In this document: piece by piece, positions 44,671 to 60,489 of the stretch
Position numbering within the stretch: position 1 is the stretch's first letter
How the letters are laid out: every line of letters begins with the position of its first letter
Assembly (NCBI RefSeq): GCF_009914755.1
Contig: NC_060941.1
From: the human T2T-CHM13v2.0 reference genome, Homo sapiens
Reading direction: 5' to 3' (one strand)
DNA: 64,000 bases
Position numbers and translations under genes: made by a program
The notes under the pieces: generated by a model
The model's database searches: none
Told to the model about the DNA's origin: nothing
What the model saw: the letters and a program-made list of their open reading frames with translations, nothing else

Positions 44671-45650
44671 GTTTAAGGCTGAATACTATTCAATTGTATG
44701 GATATACCACATTTTGCTTATACATTCGTGTTGATGGACATTGGGTTGTTTTTACCTTATAGCTATTGTGGATATTGCTGCTATGAACTTTGGTGTACAA
44801 ATATCTCTTCAAGTCCCTGCTTTCCATTCTTTTGGGTATACATCTAGAAGTGGAATTGCTGGATCATGTGGTAATTCCATGTTTAATTGTTTGAGGAACC
44901 ACCATACTATTTTCCACAGTGGCTGCACCGTCTTACATTCCTGTCAGCAATGTACAGGTTTCCAATGTCTCCACATCTTTGCCAACACTTCTCTTTGTCT
45001 GTTTTTTTTTTTTCCCAAATAATGGCCATCCTAATGGGTAAGATTCTGTTTTTCAAAATCACTTTTTGCCGTGGTAAAAAAAAAAAGTCTCACTTTGGCT
45101 CACTATGATTACTATACTATGAAATTTAACAATAAACATTTAATGGGTACTTGTCATCTGCTATGCACTTAATTTTTTATCTTATTTAATTCCCACAACA
45201 TCATTTCTTGGCAACCTTTCTATTGAACTATAACATACATACAGAGAAGTGCACAAATCAGAAATGTATAGATTGATGAATTTTCACAAAGTGAATATAT
45301 CCATGTAATCAGCACCCAGATCAAAAGCTAAAAACATTACCAGTGCCCCAGAAATCTCACTGGTGCCCTCTCTCAGTTCTGTTCAGCCCCCACTACCCAC
45401 CTACTCCAAGAGAAAGCAAAGATAATAACTTTAAACCCATAGATTGTTTTTGCCTATTTTTGAATTTTATATAAATGGAACAGAATATAAAATCTTTGGT
45501 ATATTGCTTCTCTTACTATGTATGTTTATGAGGTGTATTCATGTTGTTGCATGTAATAGTTCAATTATTCTCATACTAAATAGTATTCCATTTTATGACT
45601 ACAGCACAATTTATCCATTCTACTTTTGAGAGATATTTGGGTAGTTTCCT

Positions 45651-45993
<343 letters not shown>

Positions 45994-46252
45994 TAATGGT
46001 TCTGCTGTGAGCATTCTTTTGGTAAATACCTTTTGATGAAAATACGTGAGCAATTCTATCGGGAATTTTTCCAGGAGTGGAATTGCCAAGTCACAGTGCA
46101 TGGATATGTTTAGCTTTAAAGATGATTTCCAAAGGAAATTGATAAGTATACACATCCAGCACTGAATATGAGTCCTAGAAGCTCCAAACACTGGCTGGCA
46201 TTTGATATCATTTGTCTTTTTCATTTTAGCTACTCTGGTGAATGTACAGTGA

Positions 46253-46638
<386 letters not shown>

Positions 46639-47142
46639 GGATATCTTCTTTTGAATAGTATTTGTTCAAATATTTTGCTCATTTTTCTGTTGGTACATCT
46701 TCATTGTCTGCCTTCTGCTTATTAATGATCAATGTTCTTTATATATTCTAAAAATGGGTTCTTTGTGCATTGTGTATTGCAAATATCTATTCTCATTTGT
46801 CTTTTTACTCACTTCATGATGTCTTTTGATGAACAGAAGCTTTAAATTTTAATCTAGTCCAATTTATTAAGTTTTGGTTAAGGCTTTTTACGTCCTGCTT
46901 AAGAATCTGCCATCCTACAAAGATCATGAAGATATTTTATGTCTTATTCTAGAATATTTATTAGTTTTTCTTCTACATTTAGATCTATAAGGCACCTAAA
47001 TTATTTTTTATGTATGGTGTGAGGTAGGCATTTGGGATTCATTTGTTTCCCACATGCATAGTCATGAAAATGAATAAAATTGTGAATTTGGCACAGTTCA
47101 AATAATACTAACTCCTTTTTGAAATATTCTGCAGAACCTCAA

Positions 47143-47277
47143 TTTTTTTTTTTTTTTTTTTTTTTTGAGATGTGGGTCTTAATATGTTGCCCAGGCTGGT
47201 TTCAAACTCCTGGGCTCAAGCAATCCTCCCACCTCAGCCTCCTGAGGATCTGGGATTACATGCTACTGTGCCTGGCC
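47143..47277 (-). mobile_element. Alu monomer (FLAM-like)
   Basis: Poly-T followed by a reverse left arm. Confidence 0.85.
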
Positions 47278-47671
47278 TAATTAGATTTGATGAATGAATT
47301 AATTATTTTAAATTAATTCAGTATTTTTACACATCTAGTGTTTGCCAGTTTAGCTAGGTTGGTAAAGAAAGTCCTCTCAGAGCCAACATTTGAGCTCAGA
47401 CCTGATTGATGAAATGAAGCCAGCCACAAGGGGATTGGGGGAAGAACATTTCAGGAAGAGGCAAGAGGTAGGTAAGTAAAGTTTGATATGTTCAAGGAAC
47501 AAGAGGAAGGCCAGCACCGCTGAAGTGTAATGCCCAAGATGATGTGAAATACAAGACAATTCTTATGAATGGGAGAGCAAAGGAAAGAGAACCAGACGGG
47601 GATCACTAGAAGATAATGGAGCAATGCTTTCAAAGTCCCGAGGGAAAATGTTTTTTTCAACCTAGAATTCT

Positions 47672-49511
47672 TTTTTAAAAAATTTCAATAGTTTCTCAGT
47701 TACAGGTGTTTTTGGTTACATAGATAAGTTCTTTAGTGGTAATTTCTGAAATTTTAGTACACCCATCACTCAAGCAGTATATGCTGTACCCTATATATAG
47801 TCTTTTATCCCTCACCCTCCTCACACCCTTTTCCCCTTGAGTCCCCAGTGTTCGTTATGTCATTCTTACGCCTTTGCATCCTCATAGCTTAGCTCCTACT
47901 TATAAATGAGAACATGTGATATCTGGTTTTCCATTCTTGAGTTACTTCACTTAGAATATGGCCTCCAGCTCCATCCGAGTTGCTGCAAAAGACATTATTT
48001 CATTCCTTTTTATGGCTGGGTAGTATTCCAATATAGCATATATAAACCATATTTTCTTTATCCACTTGTTAGTCGATGGGCACTTAGGATGGTTTCATAT
48101 CTTTGCAATTGTGAATTCTGCCACTATAAACATGCACGTGCATGTATCTTTTTTATATAATGACTTCTTTACCTTTGAGTGGACACCCAGTAGTAGGATT
48201 TCTGTGTCGAATGGTAGTTCTACTTTTAGTTCTTTAAGGAATCTCTGTACTGTTTTCCATAGTGGTTTTACTAGTTTACATTCCCATGAGCAGTGTGGAA
48301 GTGTTCCCTTTTCACCACATCCACGCCAACATCTATTATTTTTTGACTTTTTAATTATAACTATTCTTGCAGGAGTAAGGTGGTATCTCATTGTGGTTTA
48401 AGTTTGCATTTCCCTGATACTTAGCAATGTTGAGTGCTTTTTCATGTTTGTCTTCTTTTGAGAATTGTCTATTCATGTCCTTTGCCCACTTTCTGATGGG
48501 ATTATTTATCTTTTTCTTGCTGATTTGTTTGAGTTCCTTGTAGATTTTGGATATTAGTCCTTTGTCGGATACATAGTTTATGAATATTTCTCCCACTCTG
48601 TGGGTTGTCTGTTTACTCTGCTGATTATCTCTTTTGCTGTGCAAAAGACTTTTAGTTTAATTAGGCCCCATTTATTTATTTTTGAATGGGTATACAATTT
48701 AATTAGGTCCCATTTATTTATTTTTGTTTTTGTTGCATTTGCTTTTGGGGTCTTAGTTATGAATTCTTTGCCTAAGCCAGTGTCTAGAAGAGTTTTTCTG
48801 ATGTTATCTTTTATAATTTTTTGTGGCTTCAGGTCTTAGATTTAAGTCTTTGATCCATCTTGAGTTGATTTTTGCATAAAGTAATACATGAGGATCCAAT
48901 TTCATTCTTCTACATGTGGCTTGCCAGTTTTCCAGTTTTCCCAGCACCATTTATTGAATAGGGTTTCTTTTTCCCAATTTATATTTTGTATGCTTTGTTG
49001 AAGATCAATTGGCTGTAAGTATTTGATTTGATTTATGGGTTCTGTCCATTGGTCTACATGCATATTTTAATGCCATGCTGTTTTGATGACTATAACCTTG
49101 TAAATATAATTTGAAGTCAGGTAATGTGATGCCTCCAGATTTGTTCTTCTTGCTTAGTATTTCTTTGGCTATGTGGGCTCTTTTTTGGTTTCAGATGAAT
49201 TTTAGGATTGTTTTTTCTAGTTCTCTGAAGAACAATATGGTATTTTGAGGGGAACTGAACAAATCTGTAGATTGCTTTTGGCAGTATGGTCATTTTCACG
49301 ACATTGATTCTACCTATCCATGAGTATGGGATGTGTTTTTATTTGTTTGTGTCATCAATGATTTCTTTCAGCAGTGTTTTGTAGTTTTCCTCGTAGAACT
49401 CTTTCACTTCTTTGGTTAGATATATTTCTTTTTGTTTTTCTTTTCTTTTCTTTTTTTCTTCTTTTCTTTTTCTTTTTTTTTTCTTTTTTTTTTTTTTTTT
49501 TTTTTTGCAGC
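47672..49511 (-). mobile_element. L1MA/PB-like 3' 1.8 kb, inserted in an older L1 ORF1 relic
   Basis: ORF2p C-terminal peptides (MRYHLTPAR...CSWECKLV); perfect TSD ttcaacctagaattct at 47656-47671 and 49512-49527; host reads QPRILYPVKLSIKNEGRIK (ORF1p C-terminus). Confidence 0.9.
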
Positions 49512-50212
49512 TTCAACCTAGAATTCTATACCCAGTCAAATTATCTATCAAGAATGAGGGCAGAATAAAGGCAGTTCAGATGTACAAGAACTCAGAAATT
49601 TTTCCTATAAAGCAGATTTCCTTAGTATTTTTACATGAGAATCTACTCCAACAAGGTGTGGACAGGAAGAGGAAGATAAAGCCAATGTAGGAAGACAATA
49701 GAGTGAAGGGCGACAAAGAAAGCCGTGTATCTTCTCTAGAGAACAATTGGCTCAGACTGGAGCACGTATGGAAGATATTTTTGAGTATTTTTAGCTGCTT
49801 CTTGTGTCCCTCCAATCCATTATCCATCATATTGCTCAAGCAAACTTGGTAAAGTTTTAGATTACCTTGCCCTCTCTGTTGAAAATCCTTCAATGGATCC
49901 CATTAGTTTCAGAATAAAATCCAACTTTCAAGTAGTATAAAAGGCCATTTGTTATTGACCCCTGCCTGCCTCTTCTGTCTCACTTCTTACTACTCTTCTT
50001 GGCCACTTCTGCCCTCTGCTCCAATCACTGATATTTTTAGATTTCTTAAAGCTACTTACTGCATCAGAAACGTTGCATCTGCTATTTTCTTTCTACAGAG
50101 TAACAATTCTTCCCCTCTTTTCCCTGGAAGATCCTTCCTTGTTTTTCAAAACTCATTATTTCAGGAAATCTTGTGCTCGCCTTGTGCTCACTTCCACCCA
50201 CCACTGGTTTAA

Positions 50213-50632
<420 letters not shown>

Positions 50633-51359
50633 CAGGAACTGCGTTTTGATTGTTGTTGAAGTTTCTATAATGGCTAAGTACTCCAGCTTCTCTGCAGCCA
50701 GACTGCCTGGGTTAAAATCTCAGCTGCATCACTTGCTATGTTATCTTGGGAACCCTCTGAGTCTTGGTTTTCTCACTTGCAAAACTATGCGATATTTTCA
50801 TCTGCAGCACCTGGCACACAAGATGCTCGACAGTGTGTGAGGAATGAATCCGTGCAGACAGGCAGAGTTCCTGGGGATGGGAACCTCTCAGCAGGGGAGT
50901 TAGGATGACTCACTTCAATCAATCTTGATTCTTACCCTCCCTTCCCAAGTAGGAATGCTCAGCTTCCTCCAGAACCGTTATGCTTTGAGGATTGTGAGCA
51001 AAATCTGAAAAATGTGGGGTCTTTTCCTTTGCATGTTTATCCATGTGTTAACCTAAGGAATTCAGGATATCTCACAGAGCAAAAATGTCTAAATCATGTC
51101 ACTGCCTGACAATTCTTATGTGGCTGTCTAAACAGGATGTTAACTTTAGGACCTAAATTTTCCTAGGTGTGAGTATGTTAGTTAAGGATTACCGAGAGGA
51201 AGCGAAGGGATCATGTACCCATTCTGCAGGTGAAAAACCTCATGATCTTCTCTAAACTCCCCTGGGCCTAACGACTTACACAACTTGTCAGGAATCTACC
51301 AAGAGGAGGTCCCCGGCTCCCAAATGTCCCCTCTTCACCAGCAAAATGAATATTCTCTC

Positions 51360-51704
51360 TTTTTTTTTTTTTTTTTTTTTTGAGATGGAGTCTTGCTCTG
51401 TCGCCCAGGCTGGAGTGCAGTGGTGTGATCTCGGCTCACTGCAACCTCTGCCTCCGGGTTCATGTGATCTCGGCTCACTGCAACCTCTGCCTCCGGGTTC
51501 AAGTGATTCTCCTGCCTCAGCCTTCCCAAGTAGCTGGGACTACAGGCGCCACGCCACCATGCCTGGCTACTTTTTTGTATTTTTATTAGAGATGGGGTTT
51601 CACCATGTTGGCCAGGCTGGTTTTGAACTCCTAACCTCAGATGATCTGTCCACCTCAGCCTCCCAAAGTGCTGGGATTACAGGCGTGAGCCACCACGCCC
51701 AGCC
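51360..51704 (-). mobile_element. Alu (AluS) with an internal 39-bp tandem duplication
   Basis: Reverse Alu; TSD gaatattctct; duplicated unit at 51424-51462 and 51463-51501. Confidence 0.93.
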
Positions 51705-52876
51705 GAATATTCTCTTTTTAGTCTTATGGGGGAGGCAGCATTCCTGTGGGGCTGCTCTACTTGGAATGGGTTTCTAGAAGTAAGAAAGTTGATTCTTCTC
51801 AATGTGTTCACAAGTTTCAGAGCATAGTCAAGAATGAATCGTACCATCTATGTTTCCTCCCATGTTACCTATTCCTGCAAGCAATCATTTTCCAGGAGAA
51901 AGAAATAGTGGAGTTCAGACTGAGCTAGCTGACCATCAGGCCTTCCTCACCCTCTCAACAGAGAGAGTAATCAGATATCAGAGTGGGCTCCAACTCTGAA
52001 GCTTTGATGGTTAATGCTTCCAATCTGAGCTTCTCCAATTCTCTTTTTCTTTTTTCATCTCCCTATCCTATACTCAGGGACCCCTTTGTCACACAGGTAG
52101 ATCTGTGGACGACAGCTTGGATCACAAAGTGGGGACAATCCATTTTCTAGAAAGTATATTGAGTGCAACATTGATTCAGAGTGCAATACCCTGAATTCAA
52201 GGTTGCGTTTCAGCTTTTCTCTATTCAAGATGCTGTAAAGATGGTCCCTTCTTGTAGAGGGCTTATGGTCAAGCAGGTCAAGCCAATGCATGTCAAGAAA
52301 GAGCTCCGAATGCAGGTTAAGTAGCTTTTCTTCTCCACGAGTTATTAAACTTGAGGCTGGCCAAGGGCTGCCAGCTATGGGCAGGAGGTGCAATACCCAC
52401 GTTTACATATATGCTGCTAAGTTTTGATCAACATATAAAAATTAGTTTTCTTACAAATGATTACACTCTTCCCTGTCAAACTGAACACTGAGGTTCTATG
52501 CCTCAAAATAGTTTAGGTCCAACTTACTTTAAGATCTAGATGGCACAGGGCAAGGTTCCATCAAGCCATTGCCAAGGAAAGCAAGGGAGTTTGCTGAAGC
52601 ATTCAAGAACTTTGCCTTGATTACATAAGAGATGTGTTCAGGGCAGGAACGCAATGACTTGGGGGGCAAACCAGGAAGTAGTGGGTTCGTTGCTAAGGCT
52701 TTTGGACCCTGAAGACATTGTCGTGCTGTAGTTGTGATGGTGTTGTCATAATTGCTGGCTTGTTTCCTGTGGCTTTGAGTCTTTTGATCCCTCCAAGCAT
52801 GCCAGCAAAAATTCTAGTGTTTGAAAAAGCTAAGAGCTATTGTATTATCTACTTATTTCCTGAAGTCCCCCCCGCA

Positions 52877-53366
<490 letters not shown>

Positions 53367-53436
53367 CCTCTGATTCCCTTCTAGTTATTGCAAAGTGACA
53401 AATGCAGCTCCGCTCCTGGGCTAATGTTTTGTAATG

Positions 53437-53451
53437 TGCACCATCTAGTGG
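53437..53451 (-). promoter_or_regulatory. CTCF motif
   Basis: Minus strand CCACTAGATGGTGCA matches the CTCF core with one C>T change. Confidence 0.55.
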
Positions 53452-53553
53452 TGACATGAACAGAAGGAAACTTCAGAAACAACCTGAAACCGTGATGGGA
53501 TAAAGCTGAAAAGAAAGAACTATAATTTTAAAAATTATTTAAAAACTTTTTTC

Positions 53554-53955
<402 letters not shown>

Positions 53956-54341
53956 TTAAACAGCCACACCCACCTGGCTGAGGCCTTGGGCTCCTCTATT
54001 AAATGCTAATGCACAGTGTTGGCCTTGATCTATTGTGGTTCCTAGTGCTCCAAGTGATTATTTTACAATAAGCACGTGGTGTCCAGCAGTATCTATCAAG
54101 TACAATAAATGTCGGGTTGGTGCAATTCTGTTAAACCCAACTGGGCCTGGAGGAAGACACAAGAAGCAAGTATTTCCTGTTTACTATTTTACTGGGGTTG
54201 GGAGGATGGTTAAGAGCTCAAGGAATTGGCACCCCCTAATGGATCTCCCTCTGGCTGCACACTGGAACTACCTGGGGTGTTTGTAAGACATACCAATACC
54301 TGGACCTTACCCCCAGAGATGTGGATGTCATTGGTTTGTAG

Positions 54342-54762
<421 letters not shown>

Positions 54763-55212
54763 TGAAAAAAGGTGTGATCTTTGAACAAGTGCCTTAATTC
54801 CTCTGAGTCTCAGTTTTCTCATTGGTAAACAGGGAGAATTTAACCAACCTGCTAGGAACCTTAGAGAGAGTAAATGTAACACATGCAAGGCATTTAGCCT
54901 ATAACTAGCACTGAGTAAATGCTGTTCTTCTTCTAGACAGGAGGCTAAGGGGGTAGATTCCTACCACTCTGGAGGAGAGAATCCAGATCTGGGATGAGCT
55001 ACAATCTGGTCATAGGGGCCAAATGTTATAGCAGAGAGAAGGGGTATGTTAAGTTCTGCTAACTACCCAGGCCTAGGTGTGAATGGGGCTTCACGGTCTT
55101 GACAAGGAAGGCAGGGCCTTAGTGAATTACAATCATCTATTGTAATAGTAAGGTTCTGCCTATAAAAGTGGAAAATATAGACAGCATGGAGCAACATAAA
55201 AAAGAAAATATA

Positions 55213-55519
<307 letters not shown>

Positions 55520-55734
55520 TTAGCTCCAGAGAGAGCCACTATGAATATTTGATAGTATTTATTTCCAGCACTTTTCTCTCTGTAGTTTCTGCTTCCCCAA
55601 ATTGTCATATTTTATACTTAATTTTGTAAACTGATTCTCCCCACTAGTTTATCATTGTATCAGGATCATCTTCCAATGTCATTAAGTATCTTTTGAAACA
55701 CAATTTTCAGCGGCTGCATAATATTGTGTTATGT

Positions 55735-55920
55735 CAGTGGTTCTCAAGCTTGAGTGTGCATCAGAGCCACCTGGTGAGCTCCTTCAAACAGATTTCTGGG
55801 CCTACCTCCAACACTGTTGACTCAGCAGGTCTGGGGTGGGGCTCTGAGATTCGGCATCTCTGACACGTTCCCAGGTGCTGCTGCTGGTGTTGGTCCAGGG
55901 ATCACACTTTGAGAACCTCT
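55735..55920. mobile_element. MER5A, full length
   Basis: TIRs cagtggttctcaa ... ttgagaacctctt with the typical MER5A body. Confidence 0.88.
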
Positions 55921-58215
55921 TGTTTATAATCTGCTTCCTTGTCTGCCACCCACTCCAAATGCAGGGGGTGGGGCCAGGGACCATGACTTAAACACCCCTG
56001 AATTGAATGCCCTGTGGCTAAAGCAGAGCCTGTCACATAGTGCCCTTCTGAGTCCAGGGTCCTGAAGCCAGCCTGCTGAGGAAGAGGAATGACATCTACC
56101 CTCTGTGGCCCTGAGGCTGACTGGGGCTCTATGAATGGAAGTAGCAGGGAAACTGAGTTTGGTTCTGCTGTTTCTAGCAGTCAGCAACAGAACCTACGAA
56201 TGCCACGTTCAGCGATGCATTCTCTGTTACCAGAGATATTTCAGCACAGGTGGTGATGGCTCGGGAATTTTGCAGTATTTGAGGGTGGGTAAGAAACTCC
56301 ACTGTCCACTTCAACCTTAAGTTTCTGTCAGTCTGAGTTCATCAAAGCAAAAGAATGGTGAATCATTTCTGGAGACTTCATGGGAATGGGGATTGGACCC
56401 TAAAGGGTGGGCAGGATTTAGAAGGCAGACAAGGAGAAGACAACCTCCAAATAGTGTTTGGTCACTGGTGGTGGTGGGGTTGGGGGAGCGGGGTTGTGGG
56501 GAAGCATGTGCTAATTGATGAGTTAGGTAAATCAAACTTGGTAAACCTGGTTCCTAGAACTCCTATGTGTAATGCATCGCCCTTGATTTTCCAGAGAAAT
56601 TCAAAAGTTAGTAGCTAGCCAAGATCAGAGCTATTTGGTGCAGAGCAGTTGCTATTGCTACCACTTATTCTCCCTCTCCCTCCTTCCCCCTCTTCCTCCT
56701 TCTTCTGTTGAAACCATGTGAGTTTCTACTTCTATCAGGTGTTAAAGTAGTGCATTCCTGCAAAGCTGACATTTTAATAAGAAATAAAGATTGAAATCAG
56801 ATTTCACGTGAAGTTTGAGACATTTTAGGGCCAAAATCTCCTTCTCAGCCTATCCACTGCGGCTCATTGGTGCTTTGTTGTATTTTGTTTTGTTTTACAG
56901 ACAAGGCTGAAAGGCAGGGGAGTGGATGTCTAAAATCCGGTGTCTGATGTTCTGTGATTTTATCACAACGTACTCATTACAAAACGGCATAGAAACGCTA
57001 TTTGCAATTTAGTCCAGGATAAAGATCCAGGGCTCAATTTGTTCTTTGAATAGGTTTTAGAATACACTGGAGGATTAGAGACAGTTTTTTGATGAAAAAT
57101 TTATTTCCAAATACTTTCCAAATTTACAAGGTATAATTATAATAGTAACAGCAACAATGAAAAACAAGTCCTGCAGTTTACTGTCTCTTATTTGCCAGAC
57201 CTTAATCAGGATGCTTTGACACCCATAATCTTTGTAATCTAAAAATGACACAGTGAGGTGGGCACTATATCCTCTTGTTACACATGAGGCTCAGAGTTTA
57301 CCTTCCTAAGCTGACATAGCTGGGCTGTTACTACATCCAGCCTTGTGCGCCTACAAGTCCTTTGCGTTTCCACTTCTGATCTGCCAAGACTGCAGTGCTT
57401 AGTTGGGTAGATTTCTTTCCCCCGCTAAGCTCACTTTTGTGATCAAGAGCTCTCTGCTGAGTCCTTTCTGTATCTGTGACAGTTTCCAGCCAGAGCTGCC
57501 CAGTATTTTTAGGTACTTGAAACTAGATTAAAAAAATATTCACTTCCTTCTGGGTGGCTCAGGAAGTCAAAAAGCAGTTTTCATTTTTTTTTTTGTTTAG
57601 TAGCACTTAGCTTTGAGTAGTCAGGTCACCTGGGGGTCTTACTGGGGACTTGATGACCTTAAAGGCTAGATCTAAGGACCTATGAAGCACTCCCGCTTGA
57701 AAGGAGGAAGAAGAAAACACACAACCATTTGTAGGAGGAATAGTGGAGATGGACCAACCCAGAAACTGTATTTCAGAATAAATTCATTCCTTTGTGCTTC
57801 AAGGCCCCTCATACTGATATGATGTCACCAAAGCTGCTCCAGGGCTGTGACCTGCTAGTCATGGCCCTGGGGCACATCCCTTTGCTCTCCTTCTCAGCAT
57901 ACTGCAGCAGCAGAGGTAGGGTGTTAGGGGGTGTGCAGATTCATCCCTTTCTCTAGACTATGAGTTCTTGGGATAGGGTAGACCACATTTCCCCAAGGAG
58001 TTTGTGGGTATTCAAGAGAAAGTGGTTGCCGAGCACAGGGAATGGGCAGTGGGCTAGAAGCAGCCACCTTTTCAGGGCTTTGCCTGGGGACTTGGAACTG
58101 CCTGGATTAGTCACTAGGGAGAGTTTTCAAAATCTTTATGGTGTCATGATTTGTTAAATCTTGTCCACATCAGAGCCTGTGGTTTTTCTGAATGCCTTAG
58201 AAAGTTAGCCTCTCT

Positions 58216-58509
58216 GGCCAAGTGCAGTGGCTCACACCTGTAATCCAAGCACTTTGGGAGGCCAAGGTGGGAGGATTGCTTGAGGCTGAGAGTTCGAGAC
58301 CAGCCTGGGCAGCATAGAGAGATCTCATCTCTACAAAAATAAAAAAGACTGGGCGCGGTGGTGCATGTCTGTAGTCCCCACTGCTGCGGATGCTTGAGTT
58401 TGAGGCTGCAGTAAGCTATGAAGGCACCACTGCACTCCAGGTTGGGCATCAGGGCAAGATTCTGTCTCAAAACTAAATAAATAAATAAGTAAATAAATAA
58501 ATAAATAAA
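58216..58509 (+). mobile_element. Alu (AluJ-like) with (TAAA)n tail
   Basis: Diverged Alu; TSD agttagcctctc. Confidence 0.9.
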
Positions 58510-58784
58510 TACAGTTAGCCTCTCCTCTGTGGCCCCAGAGCTCCTGTACATATACTTGTCTCAAGACTTCACATACTGACTCCTTCATTCAGTGAGTGCT
58601 TACTGAGATCCTACCAGGTGCTGGGCACAAGAATGAACAAGACACTTATGGCTCCTACCCCCATAGAGTTTACAGACAAGGGGAGAGGCTTATAGTCACC
58701 TGGACCGAAATGGTGCCCCCAGTACACTGTGAGCTCCTTGAAGGTACAGATCGGGTTGTATTGAGTTTTGCAAATTTTCATTTA

Positions 58785-59240
58785 TTTTATTTTAAACTTT
58801 ATTATGTAATTTACATGCCATAAAATTCACCATTTTAAAGTGTACAATTCAGTGCTTTTAATATATTCACAAGGTTGTGCAACCATCACTTCTGTCTAAT
58901 TCTGGGACATTTTCATTGCCCCAAAAAGAAACCCTATGACCGTGAGCAGCTGCTCCTGTTTCTCCTCCCCAGTCCCCAACAGATAAGATGGTAATCACTC
59001 ATCTATTTGCTATTCTATGGATTTGCCTTTGGACATTTCATATCTGCATATGGACATTTCATATAAATGGAACCATGCAATATGTGGTCTCTTTGGTGGA
59101 CTTACTTTAACTTAGCATAATGTCTCCAAGCTCTTCCATGTTATAGAATGTATTACTACTTAATTTCTTTTTATGGCCCAATATCCCATTGAATCCATTG
59201 CATAGAGATACTACAGTTATCCATTTATCAGTTGATGAAT
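58785..59240 (-). mobile_element. L1MB/ME-like 3' end
   Basis: ccataaaattcaccattttaaagtgtacaattcagtg...ttgtgcaaccatcac. Confidence 0.8.
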
Positions 59241-59252
59241 GGTTCTACTTAC

Positions 59253-59544
59253 TTTTTTCTTTTTGAGGCAGGGTCTCATTCTGTCACCAAGGTTGGAGTG
59301 CAGTGCTCCAATCACAGCTCACTGCGGCCTCTACTTCCTGGGCTCAGGTGATCCTCCCACGTCAGCCTTCCAAGTAGTGGGGACTACAAGCACACGACAC
59401 CATGCCCAGCTAATTTTTTGTATTTTTAGTAGAGATGGGGTCGCATCATGTTGCTTAGGCTGGTCTCCAATTCCTGGGCTCAAGCAATCCACCTGCCTAG
59501 GCCTCTCAGTGAAGGGATTACAGGTGTGAGCCACCACACCTGAC
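59253..59544 (-). mobile_element. Alu (AluJ-like)
   Basis: Reverse Alu; TSD-like tggttcta(c/t)ttacttt. Confidence 0.9.
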
Positions 59545-59794
59545 TGGTTCTATTTACTTTCGTATTTTGTCCCTTAATATCTTTCTCCCTCCCTCTTGCC
59601 CTTCCTTCTTTCCTTCCTCTCTTCTCTAGTCCTCCTTCCTTCCCTCTCTCATTCTTTCTTTCCTCTTTCAAATACTTGTTATTCCACACCTACCATGTTA
59701 TGGACACTGTAATGAACCTTCTGGTAAAGGTTCCAGACTAAAGAAAACGAAAAAGCACCATTTTAAAAAAGTTTTAAATAAATGCTTTGTTTTA

Positions 59795-60489
<695 letters not shown>

